From Collinsella sp. (GTDB lineage: Bacteria > Actinomycetota > Coriobacteriia > Coriobacteriales > Coriobacteriaceae): a DNA stretch of 64,000 nucleotides. Below, in pieces: positions 39,370-49,738 of this stretch. The stretch spans positions 68,836 through 132,835 of the forward strand of contig DBGAQS010000008.1 of assembly GCA_048434495.1 (NCBI GenBank), given 5' to 3'. How positions within the stretch are numbered: the stretch's first letter is position 1; every line of letters starts with the position of its first letter. The notes under the pieces are model-generated. The model worked only from the letters and a program-made list of their open reading frames with translations. It was not told where the DNA came from and made no database searches. A program made the translations under genes and the position numbers.

Positions 39370-40755
39370 TTAGAGCTCCACGCTTTCGGCGCCGTTGATG
39401 GTTAGGTTTCGCTCGTAGAAAGCCGTGAGGGCGCGGATGGCGTACATCACGTCGCGTACGCCGCCGGTCTCGTAGCTCGAGTGCATGGCCAGCTGCGGCA
39501 GGCCCACGTCCACGGCATGCATGCTCGCCTGCATATTGGACAGGTTGCCGAGCGTGGAGCCGCCCGCCATATCGCTCTTGTTGGCGAAGGCCTGCGTGGG
39601 CACGTCGGCGTCATCGCAGATGGCCTGGAACACCGCGCGGCTAAAGGCGTCGGTGCAGTAGTGCTGGTTGGCGGCTTCCTTGATAACGATGCCGCCGTTG
39701 AGCACCACCTGATTGCGAGCATCGCACTTCTCGGCATGGTTGGGGTGCACGGCATGCGCGTTGTCGCAGCTCACAAGCATCGAGGCGGCAAGGGCGCGAT
39801 GGTACGACTCGTCGTCAAAGCCCAGCGAGCCGTTAATGCGGCGCAGCGCGTCGGCCAAGAACGTCGACATGGCGCCCTGCTTGGTCTCGGAGCCAACCTC
39901 CTCGTTATCAAAGCAGCAAAAGACCGAAACATCGTGCGCGTTCTCGGCACCCAAAAATGCCTGCAGCGAGGTGTAGGCGCAGGCCAGGTCGTCAAGCTTG
40001 GGCGTCGAGATAAACTCGTCGGCCCAGCCCCAAATGCGCGCATCCTGACGATTGACCAGGAACAGGTCGCGACCCAGGATCTGCTCGGGCTCAACGTCCA
40101 GTTCGTCGGCGATCAGAGCATCAAAGTCGCCCTGCTTAAGGTCACCGGCGCTGATGAGCGGGCACAGGTCGACAGCACGATTAGGCGCAAAGCCCTCGTT
40201 AACGCCGCGGTTCATGTGGATGGCAAGGCTCGGGATAATAGCGACCTCGCGCTCGGTGGCAAGCAGGCGGCTCTCAATACGGTCGCCCTCGCGTACCAGC
40301 ACGCGGCCCGCGAGTGCCAGCGGACGGTCGAACCAGGTGTAGTCGATCATGCCGCCGTAGGCCTCGGTGTTCAGGCGCAACGTCTCGCCTGCGCCGTCGA
40401 GCTCGGGCACGGCCTTGACCTTAAACGTCGGCGAATCGCTGTGCGACGCCGTGAGCTGAAAATGATAGTCACCGGCAACGCCGTCCTCGCCCCACGTCGC
40501 GGCCAGGTCCTCGCCCACCTTAAAGGCGATAACGCTCGAGGTGTTGCGCTGCGTGTAATAGCGACCGCCCGGCTCGATATCCCATGCCGCGTTCTCGGGC
40601 AGGTAGGTAAAGCCCGCCTCGTCGAGCTCGGCCATAATGGTCGCCGCCGTATGGAACATGCTGGGGCATGCCTCGATAAAGTCGATAAGGTCGTTGGCGG
40701 CCTCGATATCATCGGCCGTCACGTGCACGCGCTCGGGCGCTTCCTGATCCGTCAT
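39370..40755 (-). CDS. M18 family (aspartyl) aminopeptidase
   Basis: SHSDSP, YGG...WFDRPL, LDDL, DNEEVGS, DNAHAVHPN and LAMHS. Confidence 0.93.
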   Translation of the reverse strand: MTDQEAPERVHVTADDIEAANDLIDFIEACPSMFHTAATIMAELDEAGFTYLPENAAWDIEPGGRYYTQRNTSSVIAFKVGEDLAATWGEDGVAGDYHFQLTASHSDSPTFKVKAVPELDGAGETLRLNTEAYGGMIDYTWFDRPLALAGRVLVREGDRIESRLLATEREVAIIPSLAIHMNRGVNEGFAPNRAVDLCPLISAGDLKQGDFDALIADELDVEPEQILGRDLFLVNRQDARIWGWADEFISTPKLDDLACAYTSLQAFLGAENAHDVSVFCCFDNEEVGSETKQGAMSTFLADALRRINGSLGFDDESYHRALAASMLVSCDNAHAVHPNHAEKCDARNQVVLNGGIVIKEAANQHYCTDAFSRAVFQAICDDADVPTQAFANKSDMAGGSTLGNLSNMQASMHAVDVGLPQLAMHSSYETGGVRDVMYAIRALTAFYERNLTINGAESVEL

Positions 40756-40916
40756 GCTCTCCCCTTTCGCTGGGTTGATGGTCCCCTCCAGCATACCCCG
40801 CCACGCCAGCGCTGCACTCTTCATTCCATGTTTAATCCCGCGCCGCTCACCAAGTTGAGCTATCATGCCCGTGCACCTTTTGCGACAATTACGCTAACAG
40901 GACGAGAGGAGTCATC

Positions 40917-42002
40917 ATGAAGCCACGTAACATTGCCATCGCCTGCGGTGTCGCGGGAGTCGCCGTCGGCCTTGCCGCTGCCACCGGCATCGTTTATCAC
41001 AAGCAAATCAAGTCCGCCGCGTCGCTCAAACGCTTGACCGGCTACGCGGATGGCTATGACCTGTACGCAATCGACATCGCCTACGACTACGATCTTGATC
41101 GCATCATCGCCGCTGGCGTGCGCGACGACCAGGCCTACATCGATGCCGTGGTGGCGCAGGTGCTGCCCGGTGTGCCGGTACATGTCCAGGCGCCCCAGTT
41201 TGCCTGCAGCGCTTTTGTCGCCGTAGATGCCGAAGGCCGCGTGCGCACCGGTCGCAATTACGACTTTAAAGACGACACCTCGGCGCTGCTGGTGCGCAAT
41301 CACCCACGCGGCGGCTATGCTTCCATCGGGTTTGCCGCCCTCAATAACCTGGGCGCCAACACTCCGCTTGACTCCATCACCGGACGCGCCGCGGCGTTGA
41401 TGGGCCCGTTTGCCCAGCTCGACGGTGTTAACGAATGCGGCGTGTCCATTGCCGTACTCACCCTGGATTCCAAGCCCTGTGACCAGGACACGCAACGCCC
41501 CGTCATCAATACCTCACTCGCCATCCGTCTGGTGCTCGACCGTGCCGCCACCACGCAAGAAGCTGTCGACCTGCTTTCCGCCTACGACATGCACGCCATG
41601 GCAGGACGCGATTACCACTTCTTTATCAACGACGCCGCCGGTGACGCGCGCGTAGTAGAGTGGGATCCGCGCGATCCGGACCGTGCTTTCAAAGCGACCC
41701 CTGTTCGCCAGGTCACGAACTTCTACGCCTGCTATGGCGACGAAGTGCTGCCCAACCAAAAGAATGGCGAGCTGGGCCATGGTAAAGAGCGCGCCGTCGC
41801 AATCGCCGATGTCCTTGACGCCCATGTCGGCGCCCAAGACGAGGCAGTCGCTTGGAAGGCCCTACGCGCTGCGGCGCAAAAGCCCAATCCGGAAGACATC
41901 ACCAGCAACACGCAGTGGTCGGTCGTCTTTGACAATACCGAGCCCGCTGCCGCCATCACGCTGCGCCGCCACTGGGGCAACGTCGATGCCTTCGCACTGT
42001 AA
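40917..42002 (+). CDS. Membrane-anchored Ntn-fold linear amide C-N hydrolase
   Basis: N-terminal TM segment; internal nucleophile ACSAF, GRNYDF, DGVNECGV and TQWSVVF. Confidence 0.8.
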   Translation: MKPRNIAIACGVAGVAVGLAAATGIVYHKQIKSAASLKRLTGYADGYDLYAIDIAYDYDLDRIIAAGVRDDQAYIDAVVAQVLPGVPVHVQAPQFACSAFVAVDAEGRVRTGRNYDFKDDTSALLVRNHPRGGYASIGFAALNNLGANTPLDSITGRAAALMGPFAQLDGVNECGVSIAVLTLDSKPCDQDTQRPVINTSLAIRLVLDRAATTQEAVDLLSAYDMHAMAGRDYHFFINDAAGDARVVEWDPRDPDRAFKATPVRQVTNFYACYGDEVLPNQKNGELGHGKERAVAIADVLDAHVGAQDEAVAWKALRAAAQKPNPEDITSNTQWSVVFDNTEPAAAITLRRHWGNVDAFAL

Positions 42003-42141
42003 GGAGCCAGGCCCGTCGACCTTACGTTCCCTGACGTTGCTTACATTTCCATACGCTTGAGCTAACACGTTTTACCCCCGTATCAACAGTGTGCGGGGGT
42101 AAACTTATGCGCATGTTATAACTTGCCCGGAAGGATTCATC

Positions 42142-43221
42142 ATGCTCAGGATCGGTCTTCTTACCAGTGGCGGCGACTGCCAGGCGCTCAACGCCACCAT
42201 GCGCGGCATCGTCAAAACGCTTATGACCAATAGCGAAGAACCTATCGAGATCTATGGTTTTGAGGACGGCTACCAGGGCCTTATCTACAGCAGGTTCCGC
42301 GTCATGTCGCCCGCCGATTTTAGCGGCATCCTCACCCGCGGCGGCACCATCCTGGGCACGAGCCGCACGCCGTTCAAGCGTCTGGATATTCCCGAGGCCG
42401 ATGGCGTCGAGAAGGTACCCGCAATGGTCCACACCTATCATAAGCTGCAGCTCGACTGCCTGTTTATGCTGGGCGGCAACGGCTCCACCAAGACCGCCAA
42501 CCGCCTGCGCGAAGAGGGCCTCAACGTTATCGCCCTGCCCAAGACCATCGATAACGACACCTGGGGCACCGAGCTGACGTTTGGCTTTACGAGCGCCATC
42601 GACGTCGCCACCAAGTGCATCGACGACATCCACACCACCGCTTCGAGCCATGGGCGCGTGTTCGTTATCGAGATCATGGGCCACAAGGTTGGCTGGATTC
42701 CACTGTACGCCGGCGTCGCGGGCGGCGCGGATGTCATCCTGATTCCCGAGATCCCCTACGACATGGATAACGTCATCAAGACCATCGAGCATCGCATGGA
42801 AACCGGCAGCCGCTTTACCATCGTGGCCGTCGCCGAGGGCGCCATCTCCAAGGAGGACGCGGCGCTGTCCAAGAAGGAGTACAAGAAGAAGCTCGCCGAG
42901 CGTACGAGCCCCTCGATTGTCTACGACATCGCCAAGGAGATCGAAGCCAAGACTGGTCGCGAGACCCGTGTCGCCATCCCCGGCCACACGCAGCGCGGCG
43001 GCCAGCCCGACGCCCAGGACCGCATCTTTGCGACCCAGTGCGGCGTCGAGGCGGCACTCGGCTGCCTACGCGGCGAGTTTGGCTACATGATCGCCCTGCG
43101 TGACGGCAAGATGTGCCACATGCCGCTCGAGGAAGTCGCCGGCAAGCTCAAGTATGTCGACCCCCAGAGTGATCTGGTGCGCGAGGCCAAGGCGCTGGGC
43201 ATCAGCTTCGGCGGCGAATAG
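42142..43221 (+). CDS. pfkA: 6-phosphofructokinase (probably ATP-dependent)
   Basis: LTSGGD, GGTILGTSR, GGNGS, PKTIDND, EIMG and GHTQRGG. Confidence 0.93.
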   Translation: MLRIGLLTSGGDCQALNATMRGIVKTLMTNSEEPIEIYGFEDGYQGLIYSRFRVMSPADFSGILTRGGTILGTSRTPFKRLDIPEADGVEKVPAMVHTYHKLQLDCLFMLGGNGSTKTANRLREEGLNVIALPKTIDNDTWGTELTFGFTSAIDVATKCIDDIHTTASSHGRVFVIEIMGHKVGWIPLYAGVAGGADVILIPEIPYDMDNVIKTIEHRMETGSRFTIVAVAEGAISKEDAALSKKEYKKKLAERTSPSIVYDIAKEIEAKTGRETRVAIPGHTQRGGQPDAQDRIFATQCGVEAALGCLRGEFGYMIALRDGKMCHMPLEEVAGKLKYVDPQSDLVREAKALGISFGGE

Positions 43222-43244
43222 CCTCGGCCGAAACTGCTCTCATC

Positions 43245-43365
43245 GGAGACCCCAGGGCTTACCTCCCAAATCGTCCTCGGACATGTCAGGATCCCGCCGT
43301 GCGCTTCGCGCGGCGGGATCCTTCCGTCCTGCGGAAAGATTTGGGAGGTAAGCCCTGGGGCCTCC
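43245..43365 (+). repeat. Long-hairpin element, CGTCCTCG...CTGCGG family (copy 1)
   Basis: Approximately 28-bp basal stem, conserved core gtcctcggacat / gtcctgcggaaa, apical stem. Confidence 0.85.
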
Positions 43366-43430
43366 TACGGTGACTGGGGAGGCCGAGACTATTCGTCTTC
43401 TTGCTGCGGGTGCCTGGGGTAGGATGCGGC

Positions 43431-43632
43431 GTGCATTTTTGGGAGTATTCAGCAGCCGAGGGTGCCTGCATACTGGATTTTGGGCGAAAGGCAGGCACCA
43501 TGGGCCGCATCCTGTAAAAAAACGAGCGGCTCTAGAGGCGTTGGGACTCAGAATCGGGGCTTTCAGCGCAGTTTTGCACCCCCGCCCCCGCGCCCGCGGA
43601 CCCCGGGACGCTGAATACTCCGGAATTTGCAC
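43431..43632. repeat. MITE-like element with imperfect 23-bp inverted termini
   Basis: gtgcatttttgggagtattcagc / gctgaatactccggaatttgcac. Confidence 0.55.
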
Positions 43633-43762
43633 GGCGCCCCCTGGGGTACCTGTGGGCAAAAAGCAACCGCCCCGTCAAAGTATGCATTTGGCGGGGCGGT
43701 TTATGCAAAAATGCTGCTGCGGGCGCGTCGGCAGCTCGCTAGAACTTGAATCCCAGGACAGG

Positions 43763-46540
43763 TTACTCGGCGCTCTTGAGGGCGCCGACCATGTCGATCT
43801 TGTTGAGCGTTCGGTTGGTGGCGAGGTTGACGATAAACGTAAAGCCGAAGGAAAGCACTACGGCGAGCACGTAGCTTAGCGGCTCGACCTCAACGTCAAA
43901 GTACAGCGACGGCATCTGCAGGATGTACGTAAAGCTCTCGGCAAGCAGGCCACCCAGCGGCACGCCCAGTGCGGTGCCAATCGCCGTGAGGATCAACGTC
44001 TCCTTGTTGACGTAATGGTGTACCTCGCCACGGCGGAAGCCCAGCACCTTGATGGTCGCCAGCTCGCGCTCGCGCTCGGAGATATTCGTGTTGGACAACG
44101 TAAACACCACCACAAACGACAGGCACGCCGCCATAAAGGTCACGAGCACCACGACGGAATTGATGATAGTGAAGTTCGCCTCGTAGTTCTGCCAATGTTC
44201 GGCCGTGCTCGAGATGGTGAGCCAACCGTCACTCTTAAGATTCTTGCTAAACGCAATCTGGTCGGCCGACGAGCCCTTAAGCAGCACAAAGATGCCGTTA
44301 AGACGCGCGCTTCGGCCGAACGCGCGCTCATAGGTGCCCTGCGTCATATAGAGCGTGTTGCCCAAATAGTTGAGCGAGATGTCGCTGACTTTGACCTTGG
44401 CGACGTTGAGCGACGAATCCTGGACCTGCGCCGTGTCGCCCGGCTGAATCCCAAGAACCAGCTGTGAACTCTTGCTCAGATACACGTCTCCGTCACGCAA
44501 AGACAGTGGCTCTTTGGACTCATCCTCGAGACGCGCGTAGTCGTCCAGGTCGTTCGTGCGGTCATCGGGCACCACGATCAGCTGCACGGTCTCGCTCTTG
44601 CCGCCAAATGTAAAGGTGACGTTGTCGGTCATAATCGGCAGCGTCGAAGTCACGGTCACGTCGGAATCCTTGGCTGCGCTTCGCTCATCCAATGCCGCGC
44701 ACGTCTGCGAAAAATCGTCGGGATTGGCAACCGCCAGCAGGTCATAGCGCGTGATATGCCCGTACTGCTTGGGCGAAAGCGCCACCGACGTATCGCGGAT
44801 GCCCATGCCGCAAATCACAAGCGCCGTACAGCCCGCGATGCCAAAGATGGTCATAAAGGCGCGCTTTTTGTAACGGAATAGGTTGCGTGCAGCGACCTTG
44901 TTCAAAAAGCCCATGCGGCGCCAGATAAAGCCGATGCGCTCGAGCAAGATGCGCGAGCCAGCGCGCGGGGCCTTGGGACGCATAAGCGAGGCCGGGGTCT
45001 CGGCCATCTCGTGGCGGCAGGCGATAATCGTGGCGCCCACCACGCCCACGGCAAACAGCGCCACCGAGACGATCGAGGACACGATGTCGTACGAAAGCAG
45101 CATCTGGGGCAGCGAGTACATGTCGTCGAACACCGTAAACAGGAACAGCGGCAGGCCCACAAATCCGATGATGTTGCCGAGCACGCCGCCGATCAGACAA
45201 GCCCACAGCGCATAGTCCACGTATTTGGACAGGATGCGTCCGCGCGAATAGCCGAGCGCCTTATACAGGCCGATGAGCGTGCGCTCCTCCTCGACCATAC
45301 GCGTGGCGGTGGTAAGGCTGATGAGCACGGCGACGATAAAGAAGATGAACGGGAACACCGTGGCGATAGCCTCAATTGACGAGCTATCGCTCTCCACGCT
45401 CGAGTAGCTTGCGATATTGCCGCGGTCCTGGATGTACCAGGTGCATTCGCCCAGATCGGAAAGCTCGGCGCGGGCATCGGCAAACTGCTGGTCGGCGGCG
45501 GCGCGGCGCTGATCCAGGTCGGTCTGCGCTTGCACGCGCTCCTCGCTGCCCTCTGCCATGCGATTGATGTTGTCCTGCTCAATCCCAAAGAGCATATTCG
45601 CCTGGCGCTCGGCCGCGTCCAAGCTCGCCGGCGTGTCGACCGTCAGCTCCTGGGCGCGCGCCTTCTCACGCTCCTCGCGGATCTTCTCGATATTGCCCTT
45701 GACCTCATTGATCTTTGCCGCGTAGGAATCCGAATAGGAGTTGAGGCTCTTGGCTCCCTCGACGATCACGTGGACCGCGGAGTAGGAAGAAGATGTCGCG
45801 GCGTCCTCGCTCACATAGAACTTATAGTCCGCCGCCGAAGCAGCGCGAAAGGCGTTGACTGTCGAGTCGGAGCTCACATCAGTGGGGTCGAGGACCTCGG
45901 CCGTAATGGTGTAATCGCCCGCGGCAAACTGGTCCTTGGCGCTTTGATTGGACGAGCTCGCGTCATTGGCGGCAAAACTCACCGTATCGCCGATTTTCTT
46001 GCCCGATGCCTTCAGGAACTTCGAAGTCACCGCGACTTCATCAGCGCTCTCGGGCAAATCGCCGTTCACGAGCACCGGCTGATCGATGTTCTCCTTGGAG
46101 AGACTCTGCACGACCACGCGCTCGCGCGTTGTACCCACGGCGGTGTAGGCGGTCTCGGTGTAGATGCCCTCGGCCGTTTCGACGCCATCGACCTCTTGTA
46201 TGGCGTCGAGATCATCGTCAGTCAGGCCATAGGTCGACTGCACGTTAATGTCATAGACATTTTGCTGGTCGAAGTAGGCATCAACCGAATCACACAGGTC
46301 CTCGCAACCCGCCTTAAGGCCGCACATCACGCTCACGCCAAGCGCGGTGATGACCACGATTGACAAAAAGCGCTTAAGACTGCCTCGGATTGTGCGGTAG
46401 ATGCCACGGCGAAAAACCGTCGGCACCATATCGTTTGAGCTTTGGGCAGTGCGGTAGGTCGTAAAATCCTGCTCGCGCTCCGTGTTCTGCGCGTCGCGGC
46501 GTAGGCTGTTTTGGCGGTCTTGGTCCATGGGCGCTACCAC
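43763..46540 (-). CDS. FtsX/MacB-type ABC transporter permease
   Basis: RMVEEERTLIGLYKALGYS and NISERERELATIKVLGF; start uncertain. Confidence 0.9.
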   Translation of the reverse strand: MVAPMDQDRQNSLRRDAQNTEREQDFTTYRTAQSSNDMVPTVFRRGIYRTIRGSLKRFLSIVVITALGVSVMCGLKAGCEDLCDSVDAYFDQQNVYDINVQSTYGLTDDDLDAIQEVDGVETAEGIYTETAYTAVGTTRERVVVQSLSKENIDQPVLVNGDLPESADEVAVTSKFLKASGKKIGDTVSFAANDASSSNQSAKDQFAAGDYTITAEVLDPTDVSSDSTVNAFRAASAADYKFYVSEDAATSSSYSAVHVIVEGAKSLNSYSDSYAAKINEVKGNIEKIREEREKARAQELTVDTPASLDAAERQANMLFGIEQDNINRMAEGSEERVQAQTDLDQRRAAADQQFADARAELSDLGECTWYIQDRGNIASYSSVESDSSSIEAIATVFPFIFFIVAVLISLTTATRMVEEERTLIGLYKALGYSRGRILSKYVDYALWACLIGGVLGNIIGFVGLPLFLFTVFDDMYSLPQMLLSYDIVSSIVSVALFAVGVVGATIIACRHEMAETPASLMRPKAPRAGSRILLERIGFIWRRMGFLNKVAARNLFRYKKRAFMTIFGIAGCTALVICGMGIRDTSVALSPKQYGHITRYDLLAVANPDDFSQTCAALDERSAAKDSDVTVTSTLPIMTDNVTFTFGGKSETVQLIVVPDDRTNDLDDYARLEDESKEPLSLRDGDVYLSKSSQLVLGIQPGDTAQVQDSSLNVAKVKVSDISLNYLGNTLYMTQGTYERAFGRSARLNGIFVLLKGSSADQIAFSKNLKSDGWLTISSTAEHWQNYEANFTIINSVVVLVTFMAACLSFVVVFTLSNTNISERERELATIKVLGFRRGEVHHYVNKETLILTAIGTALGVPLGGLLAESFTYILQMPSLYFDVEVEPLSYVLAVVLSFGFTFIVNLATNRTLNKIDMVGALKSAE

Positions 46541-47235
46541 TCGATCGTCTCGATAGGCACGGTATTTTGCTGGACCGTCTCGCTCTCCACGCGACCGTTC
46601 TTAAAGCGGATCAGGCGATCGGCCATGGGCGCCAGCGCGGAGTTGTGGGTGATGATGATGACCGTAATGCCCTGCTTGCGGCAAGTGTCCTGCAACAGTT
46701 GCAAGATCTGCTTGCCGGTTTTGTAGTCGAGTGCACCCGTGGGCTCGTCGCACAAAAGTAGCTTGGGGTTCTTGGCCAGCGCGCGGGCGATGGACACGCG
46801 CTGTTGCTCGCCGCCCGAAAGCTGCGCCGGAAAGTTAGCGAGTCGGTCGCCCAGACCAACCTGACGAAGCGTTTGCTCGGCATCGAGCGAATCGGGGCAG
46901 ATCTGTGCCGCTAGTTCGACGTTCTCAAGCGCCGTCAGGTTGGGGACCAGATTGTAGAACTGGAAGACAAAGCCGACGTCGGCGCGGCGGTATTCCACGA
47001 GCTGCGCCTCGTTAGCGGAGCTCACATCGCGCCCGTCCACCGTCACGGTGCCGGAGGTCGCCGTATCCATGCCGCCCAGAATGTTGAGCGCCGTGGTCTT
47101 GCCGGCACCCGAGGCACCCAGGATAATGGCGAGCTCGCCGCGCTCGACCGTAAAGCTCGCGCCGTCGAGCGCGTGGATGCGGGCATCGCCCTCGCCGTAT
47201 GCTTTGATGACGTCTTTAAATTCGATATAGGCCAT
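46534..47235 (-). CDS. ABC transporter ATP-binding protein (LolD-like)
   Basis: [17 protein letters not shown] and CDEPTGALD. Confidence 0.95.
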   Translation of the reverse strand: MAYIEFKDVIKAYGEGDARIHALDGASFTVERGELAIILGASGAGKTTALNILGGMDTATSGTVTVDGRDVSSANEAQLVEYRRADVGFVFQFYNLVPNLTALENVELAAQICPDSLDAEQTLRQVGLGDRLANFPAQLSGGEQQRVSIARALAKNPKLLLCDEPTGALDYKTGKQILQLLQDTCRKQGITVIIITHNSALAPMADRLIRFKNGRVESETVQQNTVPIETIEW

Positions 47236-47436
47236 CGATTGGTTCCCATCTGGTCGGATAACTCTCTAGTATTACCCATTTCCCACCTACCAAAAAGGGA
47301 CAGGTTTATTTTGGCGGGTTTTATATGGGGAAATGGAAGCTATAGATGAGACGCCGGGGAGGCAGAGAAATCATCGATTGGGTCAGGCCGACCGCCAAAC
47401 ACAACGCACGCATCTCAATCTGTCAGCCAAATCATT

Positions 47437-47450
47437 CGAACAGCTGTTCG
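47437..47450. promoter_or_regulatory. LexA (SOS) box
   Basis: CGAACAGCTGTTCG, a perfect CGAAC-N4-GTTCG match just before the -10 TATGAT (47455-47460). Confidence 0.8.
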
Positions 47451-47506
47451 TTTCTATGATATGATTCGGCTATCTAAGCAGGCCAATACGCAGAAAGGCG
47501 GCCAAC

Positions 47507-48145
47507 ATGGCGTTCGACTTTAAGAAGGAATGCAAGGAGCTCTACAAACCTGCAAGCAAGCCGAGTATCGTAACTGTCCCGCCTATGAGCTACGTTGCCG
47601 TTCGCGGAAAGGGCGACCCAAATACCGAAGGTGGCGAGTATCAAAACGCCCTGCCGCTGCTTTACGGCATCGCCTATACCATCAAGATGTCGAAGAAAGG
47701 CTCAAGGAGTATCGAGGGCTATTTCGACTTTGTGGTACCGCCGCTCGAGGGTTTCTGGTGGCAAGACTCCCCGAGCGGCGACATCGATTATGTACGCAAG
47801 GACGATTTCAACTTTATCTCGTGCATCCGCCTGCCCGATTTCGTCACCCGAGATGACTTTGACTGGGCGGTCGCGGAAGCCACAACCAAAAAGAAACTGG
47901 ACTTTTCCGCCGTCGAGCTGCTTAAAGTTGACGAGGGTCTCTGCGTTCAATGCATGCACACCGGGCCCTACGACAACGAACCGGCGACCGTAAACGCTAT
48001 GCATGAATACACGATCGAGCAGGGCTATGTCCCTGACTTCTCAGATACCCGTTTACATCACGAAATCTATCTCTCCGATCCACGCAAATGTGCACCGGAG
48101 AAACTTAAGACTGTGGTTCGTCATCCTATCAAGCGCGCTGAATAG
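47507..48145 (+). CDS. GyrI-like domain protein
   Basis: DFKKECKELY, VVPPLEGFWW, HTGPYDNE and HHEIYLSDPR. Confidence 0.85.
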   Translation: MAFDFKKECKELYKPASKPSIVTVPPMSYVAVRGKGDPNTEGGEYQNALPLLYGIAYTIKMSKKGSRSIEGYFDFVVPPLEGFWWQDSPSGDIDYVRKDDFNFISCIRLPDFVTRDDFDWAVAEATTKKKLDFSAVELLKVDEGLCVQCMHTGPYDNEPATVNAMHEYTIEQGYVPDFSDTRLHHEIYLSDPRKCAPEKLKTVVRHPIKRAE

Positions 48146-48316
48146 CGTGGAGCGCCGCTCCGCGCATCAGGTTTTAGGCCAGTCAACCAGCCGCCTCCTA
48201 GGCCGTCCGGTAATTATCTTGACGCGGCCCGTCGCATCTTATAAGTTTGTTTTGCTAAAGCTGGAAAGCCTCTCAACGATGCGCAACTCCAGCTCTTTTT
48301 CCATCAAGAGGCTTAA

Positions 48317-48690
48317 ATGAAATACCGGAAGTCGCAGATATCCATCAACGAACAAATAGCACTATTGACAGAATACAGGGGTCTTAAGTGCTCTGATCAA
48401 AGCGAACTCGAGCGAGCTTTGGTCGAAGCCAACCACTACAGACTGTCGGCCTACTGATTTCCCTACAAAACCAAATGCAAGTCCGGGATTACCATCTTTC
48501 GCGAAGGCACAACATTCGAAACCATCATCTACACGTATGAATTTGACCGAGCCCTCCGGCAGTTAATGTTTGATGCGGTCGGCAGTGCGGTCGGCAGAAT
48601 TGAGATCTACCTCAGAAGCAGAATTGCCTATCTTGCCTCTGAGGAACGCGGGCCTTTCTGTTACCCAGATGTCGCCATAACGAGGCTCAA
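48317..48690 (+). pseudogene. Abi_2/AbiF-like abortive-infection gene, N-terminal remnant
   Basis: MKYRKSQISINEQIALL..RGL..NHYRLSAY*FPY..FREGTTF..YEFDRALRQLMF..IEIYLRSRIAY; in-frame TGA at 48455; 12-bp tandem duplication at 48574-48597; truncated. Confidence 0.75.
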
Positions 48691-48891
48691 CTCGGCATGC
48701 CCGTCGAGCTCTGCGCCGCACTGGGCTACGCAGCTGTCTTTGGCAGCGCCACCAATACGCTGCTCGCACCCATCCTTATTGGCTGCGAAGTCTTCGGCTT
48801 TGGTAACTTGCCGATGTTCTTTATTGTCTGCGTCGTGGCTTACCTGTTCAACATGGATAAATCGATCTACGCCCTGCAGGAGCGGGCGTAG
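48691..48891 (+). pseudogene. C-terminal remnant of a ClC/EriC chloride-channel family gene
   Basis: LGMPVELCAALGYAAVFGSATNTLLAPILIGCEVFG...SIY; no N-terminal part. Confidence 0.7.
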
Positions 48892-48946
48892 ATCGATGTC
48901 CAGGCAGGCGGTCTCAACCGGAAACGGCGCCCCACTCTGAGGCTGT

Positions 48947-49058
48947 ATTCCGGGACACGGTTTCCGCTTGGGACGCCATTCGGAAAGCGCATCCCGCTTT
49001 AAAACGGAATTCCGGGACGTAGTTTCCGTCTGAGCCTCCATTCGGAAAGCATGTCCCG
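48947..49058. repeat. Two tandem 50-bp hairpin units (62-bp period)
   Basis: attccgggac-N4-tttccg...cattcggaaagc..tcccg at 48947 and 49009. Confidence 0.7.
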
Positions 49059-49097
49059 TTCTTTCACGGCATCTTGGCTATGCAAAGCGCTCGAGTG

Positions 49098-49676
49098 TTA
49101 CTCCTCGTACGCGCCCTCAAGCCGAAGCAGCCACTCCTTGCGATCAAGCCCGCCGGCATATCCGTTAAGCGAGCCGTCGGCCGCCACCACGCGATGGCAC
49201 GGCACGATAATCGAAATGGGATTACGCGCAACCGCAGCCCCCACCGCACGAGGAGACACAACGGGATCCTCGTTCCCCGGCACCCGATGGCGGGCGGCAA
49301 CACGCTGGGCGATCTCACCATACGTGGCGACCTCGCCACGCGGAATAGAAAGCAGTTCGTACCAGACTTCACGCTGAAACGCCGTACCAATCATATGCAA
49401 CGGCGGCGTAAACCGAGGTTCCTGCCCTGCAAAATAAGCATTCAGCCAAGCCCAGGAACGCTCAAGCACCGAAGAGGCCGCGCCATTTGTCGGACTCACC
49501 GACGACATGCCACCAATACCTGAAACCGCATCGGCACCTTCGATATGCTCGACATCTTCTTTGAGAAGCGTGGAGCCAAAATGCTCCTGCCCCTCAAACC
49601 AAAGCCCTGTCAAACCGCGGCCATCAGCGGCAAGCAAGATTTCGCCCAAAGGCGAAGGAAACGTCGTCGTGACCAC
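49098..49676 (-). CDS. ogt: Methylated-DNA-protein-cysteine S-methyltransferase
   Basis: SPLG, GTAFQREVW, TYGEIA, RAVGAA and IVPCHRVV. Confidence 0.93.
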   Translation of the reverse strand: MVTTTFPSPLGEILLAADGRGLTGLWFEGQEHFGSTLLKEDVEHIEGADAVSGIGGMSSVSPTNGAASSVLERSWAWLNAYFAGQEPRFTPPLHMIGTAFQREVWYELLSIPRGEVATYGEIAQRVAARHRVPGNEDPVVSPRAVGAAVARNPISIIVPCHRVVAADGSLNGYAGGLDRKEWLLRLEGAYEE

Positions 49677-49738
49677 CAGCGGCTCCTTTCAAAACTCCGC
49701 AACATAATACCGCGAATTGTGCAGACAACCCCAATCGA

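Noticed and set aside
40917..42002. Bile salt hydrolase
   Set aside because: Canonical BSH has the catalytic Cys at residue 2. Here the Cys is internal after a membrane anchor, so only a generic Ntn hydrolase is called.
48455..48457. Recoded TGA (Trp or Sec) in the Abi gene
   Set aside because: Other genes here use TGA as stop, and the same gene also has a duplication and a truncation, so pseudogenisation is simpler.
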